Source: Myxococcales bacterium (GTDB lineage Bacteria > Desulfobacterota > Binatia > HRBIN30). Taken from it: 64,000 nucleotides of DNA. The notes beneath the pieces were generated by a model, which saw only the letters and a program-made list of their open reading frames with translations, was not told where the DNA came from and did not search any database. Below, in pieces: positions 51,979 through 62,709 of the stretch. The position numbers and the translations under genes are program-made. The stretch is from NCBI GenBank assembly GCA_037445065.1, contig JBBILD010000018.1:14163-78162 (forward strand). Reading direction: 5' to 3'. How positions within the stretch are numbered: the first letter of the stretch is position 1; each line of letters starts with the position of its first letter.

Positions 51979-54597
51979 ATGAACCTCGCACGTTTCACCG
52001 AAAAATCGCAGGAAGCCTTACGCCAAGCGCAATCGCTGGCCACACGACGCAACCACCAAGGGATTGATGTAGAACATCTGTTGCTCGCATTACTCGAGCC
52101 GCGCGACGGGCTCGCAACCGCGATCCTGGAAGCGGCCGGCGGTCATGTCGCGCGACTGAAAGAGCGAGCGATGCAAGAGCTGGCCAAACTGCCGCAGGTT
52201 ACTGGGCCGGCCGCCCAGCCCGATCAGCTTTACATCACACACCGTCTTTCGCGCGTGCTCACGCGGGCCGAAGAGGAAGCCCAAGCTCTCAAGGACGAGT
52301 ACGTCAGCATCGAGCACCTGCTTCTCGGGATGCTCTCTGACCCAAGCAGCGAGAAGATGTTCCGCGAGGCCGGGGTGGACCGCGACGCGCTGATGCGGGG
52401 CTTGCAGAAGGTGCGCGGAGGGCAACGGGTCACGAGCCCGAATCCCGAGGCGACATACCAGGCACTGGAAAAGTATGGCCGCGACCTGACCAAGCTCGCA
52501 GCACAGGGGAAGCTGGACCCAGTCATCGGCCGCGACGAAGAAATTCGCCGGGTGATCCAGGTGCTCTCGCGCCGGACCAAGAATAATCCTGTGCTCATCG
52601 GCGAACCGGGTGTGGGTAAGACGGCGATTGTCGAGGGGCTAGCGCAACGGATCGTGCGCAAAGACGTGCCCGAGGGACTCAAAGACCGGCGCATCATCGC
52701 CCTGGACATGGGAGCTTTGATCGCCGGCGCAAAGTTTCGCGGGGAATTCGAAGAACGGCTCAAGGCGGTGCTGAAAGAAGTTCAAGACTCGCAGGGCGAG
52801 ATCATCCTCTTTATTGACGAGCTGCACACCGTCGTCGGCGCCGGTGCGGCAGAGGGCGCCATGGACGCGTCGAATCTGCTCAAACCCATGCTGGCTCGTG
52901 GCGAGCTGCACTGCATTGGCGCCACGACACTCGACGAATACCGCAAGCACATCGAAAAAGACCCCGCGCTGGAGCGCCGTTTCCAGCCTGTGTTTGTGGA
53001 CGAACCTTCCGTCGAGGACACCATTTCGATCCTGCGGGGCCTGCGCGAGCGCTACGAGGTCCATCACGGGGTTCGCATCAAGGACAGTGCGCTTGTCGCC
53101 GCAGCAGTGCTGTCTCACCGGTATATCAGCGACCGCTTCTTACCCGACAAAGCGATCGACTTAGTGGACGAAGCGGCTGCCAAACTCCGCACCGAAATTG
53201 ACTCGATGCCCAGCGAGTTGGACGAGGTTTCGCGGCGCGTCATGCAACTGGAAATCGAGCGCGAGGCGCTTCGCAAGGAGACCGACCCAGCCTCGCGGGC
53301 GCGCCTGGAAAAGCTGGAAAAGGAACTCAAGGAGTTGCGGGAACAGCAAGAGGCGTTGAGGGCTCGCTGGGAGGCCGAAAAGGCTGCGATCCACCGTTTG
53401 CGCGAACTGCGGCGCAAGATCGAGGAGACCAAAGTAGAAATCGGCAAGGCCGAGCGGCAATATGATCTGAACAAAGTCGCTGAGCTCAAGTACGGCGTGC
53501 TCGCCCAACTCGAGCGACAACTCAAGGAGGAGGAAGAGAAAATTGCGGCCCAGGAGGGCGGCCTGCGTCTGATCAAAGAAGAAGTGGACGAGAACGACAT
53601 TGCCGAGATCGTCGCGCGTTGGACCGGAATTCCCGTGAGCCGGTTGGTGGAAAGCGAGCAGCAGAAACTCCTTCGTCTCGAAGAACAACTCCACAAGCGC
53701 GTGGTCGGGCAGGACGATGCCGTACGCGCGGTCGCCGACGCGATCCTCCGGGCACGTGCGGGAATCAAGGATCCGAACCGCCCCATCGGCTCATTTATCT
53801 TTCTCGGCCCCACCGGCGTGGGGAAGACAGAGTTAGCGCGCGCTCTTGCCGAGTTTTTGTTCGACGATGAGAACGCCATGGTGCGGATCGACATGTCCGA
53901 GTACATGGAGAAACACACTGTGGCTCGCCTCATCGGCGCCCCGCCGGGCTACGTCGGCTACGAAGAAGGGGGGCAGCTCACCGAGGCCGTACGCCGCCGA
54001 CCGTACTGCGTGGTGCTGTTCGACGAGATCGAGAAAGCGCACCACGACGTGTTCAATATCCTCTTACAAATCCTCGACGACGGGCGGCTGACGGACGGGC
54101 AGGGACGCACCGTAGATTTCAAGAACGCTGTAATCATCATGACCTCGAACATCGGCAGCCACCTGATTCTCAATTACCGAGGAGGTGCTGACCCCACGGC
54201 CTACGAGGCGATGAAGAACGAGGTTCTCGAAGCACTGAGGCGCCACTTTCGCCCCGAGTTTCTCAACCGGGTTGACGATATCGTTGTTTTCCACAGCCTC
54301 ACCCGGGAGCAAATCAGAGAAATCGTGCAGATCCAGCTCGGGCGACTGCGCAAGCGGCTGGCCGAGCGAAGGATCGAACTGGAGCTGTCGCCTGCTGCAA
54401 TCGACCATTTCGCGGAGGCTGGGTACGACCCGGTCTACGGAGCGCGGCCGCTCAAGCGGCTGTTACAGCGCGAACTCGAGACGACGCTGGCGAGGAAGCT
54501 TCTGGCTGGAGACATTTTTGATCACAGCCGGGTCTACGTGGACTACGTGGACGGTACCCTGACTTTTCACGCGACGCGGCTCGCCGAAGCGGCGTGA
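51979..54597 (+). CDS. clpB: Chaperone ClpB
   Basis: Two AAA modules ([16 protein letters not shown]), long M-domain, GAPPGYVGY; 872 aa. Confidence 0.97.
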   Translation: MNLARFTEKSQEALRQAQSLATRRNHQGIDVEHLLLALLEPRDGLATAILEAAGGHVARLKERAMQELAKLPQVTGPAAQPDQLYITHRLSRVLTRAEEEAQALKDEYVSIEHLLLGMLSDPSSEKMFREAGVDRDALMRGLQKVRGGQRVTSPNPEATYQALEKYGRDLTKLAAQGKLDPVIGRDEEIRRVIQVLSRRTKNNPVLIGEPGVGKTAIVEGLAQRIVRKDVPEGLKDRRIIALDMGALIAGAKFRGEFEERLKAVLKEVQDSQGEIILFIDELHTVVGAGAAEGAMDASNLLKPMLARGELHCIGATTLDEYRKHIEKDPALERRFQPVFVDEPSVEDTISILRGLRERYEVHHGVRIKDSALVAAAVLSHRYISDRFLPDKAIDLVDEAAAKLRTEIDSMPSELDEVSRRVMQLEIEREALRKETDPASRARLEKLEKELKELREQQEALRARWEAEKAAIHRLRELRRKIEETKVEIGKAERQYDLNKVAELKYGVLAQLERQLKEEEEKIAAQEGGLRLIKEEVDENDIAEIVARWTGIPVSRLVESEQQKLLRLEEQLHKRVVGQDDAVRAVADAILRARAGIKDPNRPIGSFIFLGPTGVGKTELARALAEFLFDDENAMVRIDMSEYMEKHTVARLIGAPPGYVGYEEGGQLTEAVRRRPYCVVLFDEIEKAHHDVFNILLQILDDGRLTDGQGRTVDFKNAVIIMTSNIGSHLILNYRGGADPTAYEAMKNEVLEALRRHFRPEFLNRVDDIVVFHSLTREQIREIVQIQLGRLRKRLAERRIELELSPAAIDHFAEAGYDPVYGARPLKRLLQRELETTLARKLLAGDIFDHSRVYVDYVDGTLTFHATRLAEAA

Positions 54598-54641
54598 AAG
54601 CGAGCACCTGACTCGATCGCGCCTCCCTCCGCCGGTCGCGA

Positions 54642-56525
54642 TCAGGCAGGGCGGGCAACCGCCGTCCGTTCCTCGCTAGCCTGCGCGAGTAGGCGGCGCA
54701 GTTCATCCCCCTCCAGCACCTCTTTTTCGAGCAGAACGCTCGCAACACGCTCGAGTTGTGGGCGGTGTGCCACGAGAAGTTCTTTGACACGCTGGTAGGC
54801 ACGTGCCAGCACCCTCTCGACCTCTGCATCGATCGCAGCTGCTTTTGCTTCGCTGTAATCGCGCTGGCTAGCAACTGGGGATTCCAGAAAGACCGAGCGG
54901 CGTTGCGATTCGAACGTGCGCAATCCCAGCGTGTCGCTCATGCCATACCGCGTCACCATAGCCAAGGCGATGTCAGTGGCTTTCTGCAAGTCATCTTGCG
55001 CCCCAGTGGAGATGTCACCGAACCGCAGCTCTTCCGCGACGCGCCCACCTAACAAGACGCACAACCGATCCTCGAGTTCGGAGCGGGTCATCAAATAGCG
55101 GTCCTCGGTAGGCAGTTGCTGGGTGTACCCAAGAGCTGCAATTCCGCGCGGGATGATAGAGATTTTGCGCACGGGGTCCATGTTGGGCAAAAGCGACGCT
55201 ATGATTGCGTGACCACTTTCGTGAGTCGCCACAATCTCCTTCTCTCGCCGGCTCATCACCCGCGTCTTTCGCTCTAGCCCGGCCGTGATGCGATCGATGG
55301 CATCATCGAAGTCTTGCATGGTCACGTACTCTCGATCGCGGCGCGCAGCCAGCAGTGCCGCTTCGTTCACCACGTTCGCCAAATCTGCTCCCACGAATCC
55401 CGGGGTGCGTTGCGCCACGACGCCCAGGTCCACGTCAGGCCCCAACTTCACGTTGCGGGTATGCACCCGCAGAATCGCCTCGCGCCCCCGCACGTCCGGC
55501 CGATCAAGTGCCACATGGCGATCGAACCGGCCAGCCCGTAACAACGCGGGATCCAGAATTTCGGGGCGATTTGTGGCGGCCATGATGATGACGCCCACGT
55601 TCGGGTCGAACCCATCCATCTCCACCAAAAGCTGGTTCAGGGTTTGTTCCCGTTCATCGTGGGTGCCTAGGGGATTGATCGCGCGAGACTTACCCAGCGC
55701 ATCCAACTCGTCGATGAACACGATGCAAGGTGCCTTCTGTTTGGCCTGCTCGAATAAATCGCGAACTCGGGCGGCCCCGACACCGACGAACAGTTCCACA
55801 AACTCCGAGCCGCTCATGCTGAAGAACGGCACCTTGGCCTCACCCGCCACTGCACGGGCCAGCAGCGTCTTGCCAGTGCCCGGAGCCCCGACCAGAAGGA
55901 CTCCTTTCGGAATCTTACCGCCAAGACGGCGGAATCGCTCCGGCGTGCGCAAGAACTCGACGATTTCGCGCAGTTCCTCTTTCGCTTCGTCGATTCCGGC
56001 GACGTCGGCGAAGGTCACCTTGGTCTCGTTCTCCACATAAACTTTGGCCTTGCTGCGGCCGATTGCCATGAGCCCGCTTGCACCACCACCGCCCGCCACC
56101 CGCCGCAAGACGAACAACCAAAGTCCGATGAACACCAGAGCAGAGGCAACCCAAGAAAGAACCGTGGGCAGCCAGGTGTTGGGCACGCGCCCCGCAAACG
56201 CAATCCCCTGCTCTTCGAGCTGCTCAATCAGCTTCGGATCGTCAACCCGTACGGTCCAGAAGCGTGGATTCGGCCCCCAACGCTCCATTCGTTTGGCTTG
56301 CTCAGGGGTGAGGATAGAGCCCGCATTTACGTCCGTGACTCTCCCGGTAATCTCTTCGGGGGTCAGCACCAGGTCGGTCACTTTGCCCTCGTACAACAAT
56401 CGTTTGAACTGGGAGTAAGAGATCTCTTCTGCCGGCTCGGGCAGGCCGTAGGGCTGAAGCACCAACAACAAAAGAATCGCCAGTACGAGATACCACCAGG
56501 GGAACCAAAAACGCCTCTCCGTCAT
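54642..56525 (-). CDS. ftsH: ATP-dependent zinc metalloprotease FtsH (likely paralog)
   Basis: Two TMs, [28 protein letters not shown]. Confidence 0.95.
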   Translation of the reverse strand: MTERRFWFPWWYLVLAILLLLVLQPYGLPEPAEEISYSQFKRLLYEGKVTDLVLTPEEITGRVTDVNAGSILTPEQAKRMERWGPNPRFWTVRVDDPKLIEQLEEQGIAFAGRVPNTWLPTVLSWVASALVFIGLWLFVLRRVAGGGGASGLMAIGRSKAKVYVENETKVTFADVAGIDEAKEELREIVEFLRTPERFRRLGGKIPKGVLLVGAPGTGKTLLARAVAGEAKVPFFSMSGSEFVELFVGVGAARVRDLFEQAKQKAPCIVFIDELDALGKSRAINPLGTHDEREQTLNQLLVEMDGFDPNVGVIIMAATNRPEILDPALLRAGRFDRHVALDRPDVRGREAILRVHTRNVKLGPDVDLGVVAQRTPGFVGADLANVVNEAALLAARRDREYVTMQDFDDAIDRITAGLERKTRVMSRREKEIVATHESGHAIIASLLPNMDPVRKISIIPRGIAALGYTQQLPTEDRYLMTRSELEDRLCVLLGGRVAEELRFGDISTGAQDDLQKATDIALAMVTRYGMSDTLGLRTFESQRRSVFLESPVASQRDYSEAKAAAIDAEVERVLARAYQRVKELLVAHRPQLERVASVLLEKEVLEGDELRRLLAQASEERTAVARPA

Positions 56526-56535
56526 CCTGCCTAGC

Positions 56536-56985
56536 TTACGGTACCGCGATTACGGGGCAATGGCCCGCCCGGAGGACCCGCTCCGCTGTGCTGCCAGTGA
56601 GAAACTCGCCGAGTTTGCGCTCTGCCGAACGCATGCCCATGAAGACCACGTCTACTGCCAGATCGCGCGCCAGCTTGACGATTTCTACAAAGGGTGTCCC
56701 CTCCACAATCATCGTCTCGAAACGCCCCTCTCCTATCTCCTCGATGAGTTCAGCAAAGCGCGCCTCCGCCTCCCCGCGCAGGCGCGTTACAGCCTCGGAG
56801 CGGCCCGCGATTCCGTGCGCCTCGATCTTCGATGCCAACTCGGTATCAATGACGTGCAACACGGTCACATCCGCGCCCGCAAACCATCGCAGAGCCAATT
56901 CCAGAGCGCGCCGCGCCGGAGTCGAAAAATCCATCGCGACTAGCACCGCCTTTGGGTCCATCCAGGAACGTTTCACTTCTGCCAT
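56536..56985 (-). CDS. Universal stress protein (UspA family)
   Basis: VLVAMDFS, LHVID, DVVFMG, GSTAERVLR..CPV. Confidence 0.92.
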   Translation of the reverse strand: MAEVKRSWMDPKAVLVAMDFSTPARRALELALRWFAGADVTVLHVIDTELASKIEAHGIAGRSEAVTRLRGEAEARFAELIEEIGEGRFETMIVEGTPFVEIVKLARDLAVDVVFMGMRSAERKLGEFLTGSTAERVLRAGHCPVIAVP

Positions 56986-57124
56986 GCTCACACTCCACTT
57001 GGAACCGTGGGTAACCGGCAGGCAATGTAAAGCGGGCGGTGCTTCTTGTCACGCGCAGTAAGTTGCGAAGGAATTGAACAAGTTGCACCAGCTGTAGTAG
57101 AGGCGAGCTCCGTAGGAGGATGCC

Positions 57125-59137
57125 ATGCTGCGCGCTGTCCACTGGATTTTTGTGGTCGCTCTGTTCGGCGCGCCGTTCCGTGCAAGCGGAGAGCAACCCT
57201 GCAGTGCGGGCTCTTTCGCGGGCACGTTTGACCTGATTCAGTCGGTCATCTTCGAGCGACGCGGCTGCACGAACGACCTGTGTCACGGAAGTGCCCGGCA
57301 AGGGGGGCTCGATTTGCGGGAAGGGCACTCCTACGACGCCCTGGTCGAGGCAGAGGCTCGAACCGTGAGTGGGCAGAAGCGAGTTGTCCCCGGGCGGCGC
57401 GACCTAAGCCTCTTGTTTACCAACCTGGCAGCGAAAACCCTGCCCGAGCAGTACCGAGCCCCGCTTCGCCCCATGCCTCCGGATCCGCTGCCGGCTTTGT
57501 CCCCCTCGGAGCTCGAGCTGGTACGGCGCTGGATCGAGGCCGGCGCACCACGAGCGGGCACTGTCCCAGGGACCGAAGATCTGATAGATGCGTGTCTCCC
57601 TCCCCCGAAACCGATTTCCATCCGGCCGCTCGAACCACCCCCGCCTGGTAAAGGCGTACAGTTGCGTATGCCTGCGTGGACGGTCGCTCCGCACTCAGAA
57701 CGAGAGGTCTGTTTCGTAACCTACTACGACCTCACCGAGCAGGTACCGGAACGCTACCGAGCCCTCCGGCAGTTCCTCGGACGCGAAGGAGTGACCTTCC
57801 GCTACTGGCGCAACGAAGTTCGGCAAGATCCGCTGAGCCATCATCTGATCGCCAATTTATATCTGGGCAGTGCAAGTCCGGACGATCCGATTTGGGGGAC
57901 TTTCCGCTGTCGCGGGGGTGAAAGGAACGGCGAGCTTTGTCCTCCAACAGACACCCATTTCTGTGGTTCTGGGATTTGTGCCACAGATCCACAAGACGCG
58001 GTGGGTTGCATCGGCTTCGGCCCGGCGGATTCCAACACCGGAATCAATCGGGCCGGTTTCAGTGGCGGGCAAGAAACGGCCACCGAGTATCGTTTGCCCC
58101 CAGGGGTATACGCGGAGATTCCAATTCGAGGAATCATCATCTGGAATTCGCACGCCTTCAATCTGACCGATGAACCGGGCAAGCTCGAAGCCTGGCTGAA
58201 TTTCGAATTCGCGGAGCCGGAGCAGCAACAAAGCTTCGCGCAGCCGATCTTCGATGGCAAAGACATTTTTAAGATGACCGAAGTCCCGCCTTACACAACG
58301 AAGGAAGTGTGCAGCCACCACGAACTGCCCAAAGACGCGCGTTTGTTCGAGTTAAGCTCGCACGCTCACAAGCGCATGAAACGTTGGCGCACCTTTGAGG
58401 GGAGATGGGCCTGCGCGGGCGGGCCCGCAAACGGGCAAGCGTGTGAACCCTTGGGCTACGATTTCGCCAGTCCTGACGTCTGCCAGGGTTACCCGTGCCT
58501 CAGTTGGAAGAGGCAGCGCAGCGGCGACTGTGACGAAGACGGCAGCGTTACCATCGAAGAGCTTGTAGGCGCTGTCGGCCTCGCTCTGGCGGGTACCTCG
58601 TCGGATCCGTGCGCGGATGCCGATTTCGACGATGATGAGAGAATCACCGTGGATGAAATCGTTCGCTCCGTGCAGGCCGCCCTCCACGGCGCCCCGCCGC
58701 CCCAACCACGCGATCCAGCAGAGAGCTTGTTGTACGTGAGCCTGCTCTACAACGATCCGCTTGTCCTTCGCTTCGACCCTCCGCGCCGGTACAGCGCCGC
58801 GACCGCAGCAGAGCGGACGCTCACGTACTGCGCATTGTATGACAATGGATTCACGAATCCGACGGAGGTCAAAAGGAAGTCCACGGCTCCGCGCCCGCTC
58901 GTCCCTGGGCTGGGCGGCTGCTTGTCAGCCACTCACTGCGCAGCCGGCCGAGTGGGAGCGCCATGCTCTGGCAGCAGCACGGAGCAACGGCACCGCTCGT
59001 GCGACTCTGAGCCTGGCGCGGGCGACGGCCTGTGTGACGCGTGTCCGCTGCGTGGAGGCGTCACCACCGATGATGAGATGTTCGTGCTGATGGGGATCTA
59101 TTACGTACCCGGAGTGCACGAACCCATTCTAGATTGA
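57125..59137 (+). CDS. Secreted multidomain protein: cytochrome c-like domain, copper type II monooxygenase-like domains and dockerin-like insert
   Basis: AGGAGG RBS; signal peptide; CTNDLCH...MPP...WIEAGA; SHH, NSH, HAH, DDEM; GDCDEDGSVTIEEL and DADFDDDERITVDEI. Confidence 0.75.
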   Translation: MLRAVHWIFVVALFGAPFRASGEQPCSAGSFAGTFDLIQSVIFERRGCTNDLCHGSARQGGLDLREGHSYDALVEAEARTVSGQKRVVPGRRDLSLLFTNLAAKTLPEQYRAPLRPMPPDPLPALSPSELELVRRWIEAGAPRAGTVPGTEDLIDACLPPPKPISIRPLEPPPPGKGVQLRMPAWTVAPHSEREVCFVTYYDLTEQVPERYRALRQFLGREGVTFRYWRNEVRQDPLSHHLIANLYLGSASPDDPIWGTFRCRGGERNGELCPPTDTHFCGSGICATDPQDAVGCIGFGPADSNTGINRAGFSGGQETATEYRLPPGVYAEIPIRGIIIWNSHAFNLTDEPGKLEAWLNFEFAEPEQQQSFAQPIFDGKDIFKMTEVPPYTTKEVCSHHELPKDARLFELSSHAHKRMKRWRTFEGRWACAGGPANGQACEPLGYDFASPDVCQGYPCLSWKRQRSGDCDEDGSVTIEELVGAVGLALAGTSSDPCADADFDDDERITVDEIVRSVQAALHGAPPPQPRDPAESLLYVSLLYNDPLVLRFDPPRRYSAATAAERTLTYCALYDNGFTNPTEVKRKSTAPRPLVPGLGGCLSATHCAAGRVGAPCSGSSTEQRHRSCDSEPGAGDGLCDACPLRGGVTTDDEMFVLMGIYYVPGVHEPILD

Positions 59138-59370
59138 AGGAACGGCGCGAGCACGTTCCGAGCACTGCCCGCTGCATCTCAGAAACTTATCGAGTCCAGC
59201 AATCTTTCTTGACCAAGCCTGGCGGTGGTGGTAGCGTCGCGTCCGCGATGGGTGGGATGAGGCAGGGTTGGTCGAGGGTCAGCGAACATCGCACCGCTGG
59301 CGCTCCAAGCCAGCGTGACATGCGCTGTGCATTCGATCTTGTGCTGCTTTGTCCCGAGAGGTTTTCACCG

Positions 59371-59398
59371 TTGCCCCGCTGGCGAAGGCCGATATACT
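59371..59398 (+). promoter_or_regulatory. Possible promoter of the prkA operon
   Basis: TTGCCC, 16-nt spacer, TATACT (59393-98). Confidence 0.45.
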
Positions 59399-59515
59399 TA
59401 GAGCTGTCTCTGAATTTCGGTGAAACAAGGGCGAGCGACCAGATGACGTAGATCGCGGTGGCAAAAGGGAGCGGGGCGCCAGCGACGGCAGCGTGCCGTC
59501 CAAGGAGTGGTAAAC

Positions 59516-61453
59516 ATGCACGAAGAGAAGTCCCAGTTTCAGAAACTGATCGAGGAGGACCGAGCGGCCCGAGCGAGTCGTGAGTGGCGCGGTACCTTTC
59601 TCGACTACCTCGAGAAGGTCCGGGAAGACCCCGACATTCCCAAACTGGCGCACGCGCGGATCTACGACATGATCATGCAAGCCGGCGTGCGCGATGTCCT
59701 CGACACCGACGATCCCCGCACCAAGCGGTTGTTCAAAGACGAACCGGTCAAGATTTACAACTTTTTCGCCGACCAGTTCTTCGGCATCGAGCGCGTAATC
59801 GCCCAGATTGTGCGCTACTTCCATGCTGCGGCCTTGAAGGGCGAAGAAAGCCGCCAGGTGCTCTATCTCATGGGTCCGGTCGGGTCGGGGAAAAGTTCGC
59901 TGGTAGAACGGATCCAGCGCGGTTTAGAGGAAAGCCCGCCGTTTTATGCAATCGAGGGCTGCCCAATGCACGAGGAGCCGCTGCATTTGCTCCCGCGCCA
60001 CCTACGCCGCGAGTTCGAGAAAATGCTGGGGGTGCACATCGAGGGCGACCTTTGCCCGGTTTGCCGCTTCCGGCTGAAGGAGGAGTACCAAGGAAAGTAC
60101 GAAGAGGTACCAGTGGTATTGCGCTCTTTCTCGAAGCGCAACCGAGTCGGAATCGGCGTGGTGCCTCCGGTGGACCCCAATAACCAAGACACCTCCGTCC
60201 TCATCGGATCCGAGGATATCTCCAAGCTCGACTTGTACTCAGAGGGCGACCCGCGTGTGCTCGATCTGAACGGTGCTTTGAACGTGGGCAACCGAGGGAT
60301 CGTGGAGTTCATCGAAGTCTTCAAGAACGAGACCGAGTATCTCCACGCGATGATCACCGCGACTCAGGAAAAAGTGATCCCCGCGCCGGGGCGGCACGGC
60401 ATGGTTTACGTTGACGAAGTGATCATCGCCCATTCGAACGAAGCCGAGTGGCAGAAATTCAAGGCGGATCACACCAATGAAGCGATTCTCGACCGGATCG
60501 TTGTGGTCAAAGTACCGTACAACTTGCGCCTATCCGAAGAGGTGAAGATCTACGAGAAGATCCTTCGCAACTCAGACTTTCGCGCACACATTGCACCGCA
60601 CACCCTCGAGATCGCTTCCATGTTTGCGATCCTGACGCGGCTCGAGCCGACGAGCAAATGCGACCTGATGACCAAACTCAAACTCTACAACGGCGAGGAA
60701 GTGGTAGAGAAAGGTCGCACCAAGAAAATTGACGTTCGCGAACTGCGCGAGGATGCCAAGCGCGAGGGGATGTTCGGGATTTCCACGCGGTTCATCATGA
60801 AAGCGTTGGACAATGCCCTTTCGGACAATATCGCGGGCAACTGCATCAACCCGATCAGCGTTCGCGAAGCGTTGATCCAAATGACCAAGGAAGCAGATCT
60901 ACCCGACGACATGCGCAAGCAGTATCTGGAGTTCCTCCAAGACACCCTGCACAAGGAATACCTGGACATCCTCGAGCGAGAAATCACCAAAGCCTTCGTG
61001 TACTCGTACCAGGAGCAGGCGGAAGCGTTGTTCCAAAACTACCTGGACCACGCCGAAGCATTCGTGAATCGCACCAAGGTGCGTGATCGGAACACGAAAG
61101 AGGAGCTGCAGCCGGACGAAGCTTTCCTCAAGTCCATCGAAGAGCAAATCGCGATCATTGGAACCGCTGCGGAAGGCTTCCGCCAGGAAGTCATCGCCTA
61201 CTTGTGGGCGGCGAGCCGGCGCGGAGAAAAGGTCAGCTACCGCAGTTACGAACCTCTCAAAGAAGCCATCGAAAAGAAACTCATGACGTCGGTGCGCGAG
61301 ATTAGCCGGATCATCACCAAAGCGCGCACCCGCGACGAGGAGCAGACCGAGAAGTACAATGCGATGGTACGCAACCTACTTGAGCAAGGTTACTGTGCTA
61401 GTTGCGTGGACGTGGTGCTCAAGTACGCGGCAAACAACCTGTGGAAGGACTGA
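59516..61453 (+). CDS. prkA: PrkA/YeaG-family AAA serine protein kinase
   Basis: LMGPVGSGKS, GCPMHEEPL, NRGIVEFIE, NEAILDR, REGMFGISTRF; AAGGAG RBS. Confidence 0.95.
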   Translation: MHEEKSQFQKLIEEDRAARASREWRGTFLDYLEKVREDPDIPKLAHARIYDMIMQAGVRDVLDTDDPRTKRLFKDEPVKIYNFFADQFFGIERVIAQIVRYFHAAALKGEESRQVLYLMGPVGSGKSSLVERIQRGLEESPPFYAIEGCPMHEEPLHLLPRHLRREFEKMLGVHIEGDLCPVCRFRLKEEYQGKYEEVPVVLRSFSKRNRVGIGVVPPVDPNNQDTSVLIGSEDISKLDLYSEGDPRVLDLNGALNVGNRGIVEFIEVFKNETEYLHAMITATQEKVIPAPGRHGMVYVDEVIIAHSNEAEWQKFKADHTNEAILDRIVVVKVPYNLRLSEEVKIYEKILRNSDFRAHIAPHTLEIASMFAILTRLEPTSKCDLMTKLKLYNGEEVVEKGRTKKIDVRELREDAKREGMFGISTRFIMKALDNALSDNIAGNCINPISVREALIQMTKEADLPDDMRKQYLEFLQDTLHKEYLDILEREITKAFVYSYQEQAEALFQNYLDHAEAFVNRTKVRDRNTKEELQPDEAFLKSIEEQIAIIGTAAEGFRQEVIAYLWAASRRGEKVSYRSYEPLKEAIEKKLMTSVREISRIITKARTRDEEQTEKYNAMVRNLLEQGYCASCVDVVLKYAANNLWKD

Positions 61454-61522
61454 TGGCGGTTCGCCGACTTCAGCGACGATTTCCGGCTTCGTACCTCGCG
61501 GCAGGTTGCGGTGAGGATTCCC

Positions 61523-62704
61523 ATGTCCATACCCGAATCGATCTTTCGCCCGTTTGAGCCGCTTGATGCAGAGCGCAGTGACCGCGCGGCGGGGGATCGC
61601 CTCCGCCACCGGCAAAAGGTTCGTCAATCCATCCGCGAGAACATCGCGGATATCATTGCCGAGGAGGCGATCATCGGCAAAGACGGCAACCGCGTGATCA
61701 AGGTGCCGATCCGCGGCATCCGCGAGTACCGCTTTATCTTTGGCGAGAATGTTCCCGGCGTCGGCCAGGCCAGCGGCGAGGTCGAGCCCGGGCAAGTGAT
61801 CCGCGGGGGAGAAGGCGAAGGACGCGGCCAGCCCGAGCGGGCTGGAGATCAGCCCGGGGCAGACTACTACGAGACGGAGATCACCCTGGACGAGTTAGTC
61901 GAAATCATGTTCGAGGACCTCGAGCTCCCCGACCTCGAACGGCGCCGCCTGCGCGAACTTCCAGCCCAGCGCGTTTTGCGGCGCAAGGGCTACCGGCCCG
62001 CTGGCGTGCGGATCCGCCTCGACAAACGCCGTACGGTCAAAGCCAAGGTACGCCGCCGCTTGGCACTGCAGAGGCGGCTTAGCGCGCGGGCCGAAGATCG
62101 GTTTCCCTTTCATGAGGACGACCTCACCTACCGGCACATGGTGCCCGACCTCAAGCAGGACTCGAATGCGGTCGTCTTTTGCATGATGGACACCTCGGGC
62201 TCCATGGACACGATGAAGAAGTACTTGGCCCGCAGCTTTTTCTTTCTCCTGTACCAGTTCGTCAAAGGCAAATACCGCAACGTGGAGCTGGTGTTCATTG
62301 CCCACCACACGGAGGCACGCGAGGTCACCGAGGAAGAGTTCTTTCACAAAGGCGAATCTGGCGGGACGTTTATCTCTTCCGCCTACCAAAAGGCTCTGGA
62401 AATCATTCAAGAGCGTTACCACCCGTCCTTGTGGAACATTTACGCCTTTCATTGCTCGGACGGCGACAATTTCGATGCGGACAATCCGAACGCCTTGCGT
62501 CTGGCCAAAGAACTGGCAGACACGTGCAACCTGTTCGGATACGGCGAGATCAAGCCCCTCGGATCGCGGTACTACGAAAGCTCGATGCTGAGCTTGTTCC
62601 GCCGCGTGCAGGCTGACAACTTCCACACCGTGTTGATCGAACGGAAGGAGGACATCTGGCCGAGCTTCAAGGCTTTTCTGTCGCGTGATCGGGTACAGGA
62701 GTAG
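61523..62704 (+). CDS. yeaH: YeaH/YhbH (DUF444) vWA-type protein
   Basis: DRLRH..KV, MMDTSGSM, ESGGT..SS, HCSDGDN; follows prkA. Confidence 0.92.
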   Translation: MSIPESIFRPFEPLDAERSDRAAGDRLRHRQKVRQSIRENIADIIAEEAIIGKDGNRVIKVPIRGIREYRFIFGENVPGVGQASGEVEPGQVIRGGEGEGRGQPERAGDQPGADYYETEITLDELVEIMFEDLELPDLERRRLRELPAQRVLRRKGYRPAGVRIRLDKRRTVKAKVRRRLALQRRLSARAEDRFPFHEDDLTYRHMVPDLKQDSNAVVFCMMDTSGSMDTMKKYLARSFFFLLYQFVKGKYRNVELVFIAHHTEAREVTEEEFFHKGESGGTFISSAYQKALEIIQERYHPSLWNIYAFHCSDGDNFDADNPNALRLAKELADTCNLFGYGEIKPLGSRYYESSMLSLFRRVQADNFHTVLIERKEDIWPSFKAFLSRDRVQE

Positions 62705-62709
62705 GCTCT

